Shown here: one piece after another, positions 63,963 through 64,000 of the stretch
Layout of the letters: each line of letters begins with the position of its first letter
Numbering within the stretch: the first letter of the stretch is position 1
NCBI GenBank assembly: GCA_964016885.1
Contig: OZ024742.1
Location: 45,942,001 to 46,006,000, forward strand
DNA from: Eledone cirrhosa
Taxonomy: Eukaryota
Direction of reading: 5' to 3'
DNA: 64,000 nucleotides
The notes under the pieces: model-generated
Told to the model about the DNA's origin: nothing
The model's input: only the letters and a program-made list of their open reading frames with translations
Database searches by the model: none
Made by a program: the position numbers and the translations under genes

Positions 63963-64000
63963 CAAAAAATATTAAAGGAAAATAAAAATCATATTGTAGC
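63963..64000 (+). CDS. Possible host exon running off the window end (QKILKENKNHIV...)
   Basis: Pyrimidine tract plus cAG at 63961-63962; open frame; very short evidence. Confidence 0.25.

Overview
AT-rich eukaryotic (animal) genomic DNA made almost entirely of transposon debris. The mix of RTE LINEs with (GAT)n tails, two tRNA-derived SINE families and dense (TA)n/(AAT)n microsatellites suggests a mollusc, probably an octopod cephalopod; this is inference. Identified: many decayed RTE LINEs (two near full length), Tx1/L1-clade LINE 3' fragments, and CRE-, R4/Dong- and Penelope-type retroelement fragments. Also present are a decayed Tigger/pogo transposase, Helitron and TTAA/TA-flanked MITEs, a ~3 kb 30-bp satellite and several minisatellites. 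No intact protein-coding gene is visible; there is one plausible first coding exon of a host gene (15900-16015, +). The most notable signal is a set of small elements in (TA)n tracts that carry hammerhead-ribozyme cores. Two diverged tail-to-tail copies (about 2780-3115) have all hammerhead core nucleotides in a non-circularly permuted order, supported by compensatory base changes. A second element has a 551-bp-period direct repeat with a type III core in each repeat (retrozyme-like). Element boundaries were read by eye and are approximate.
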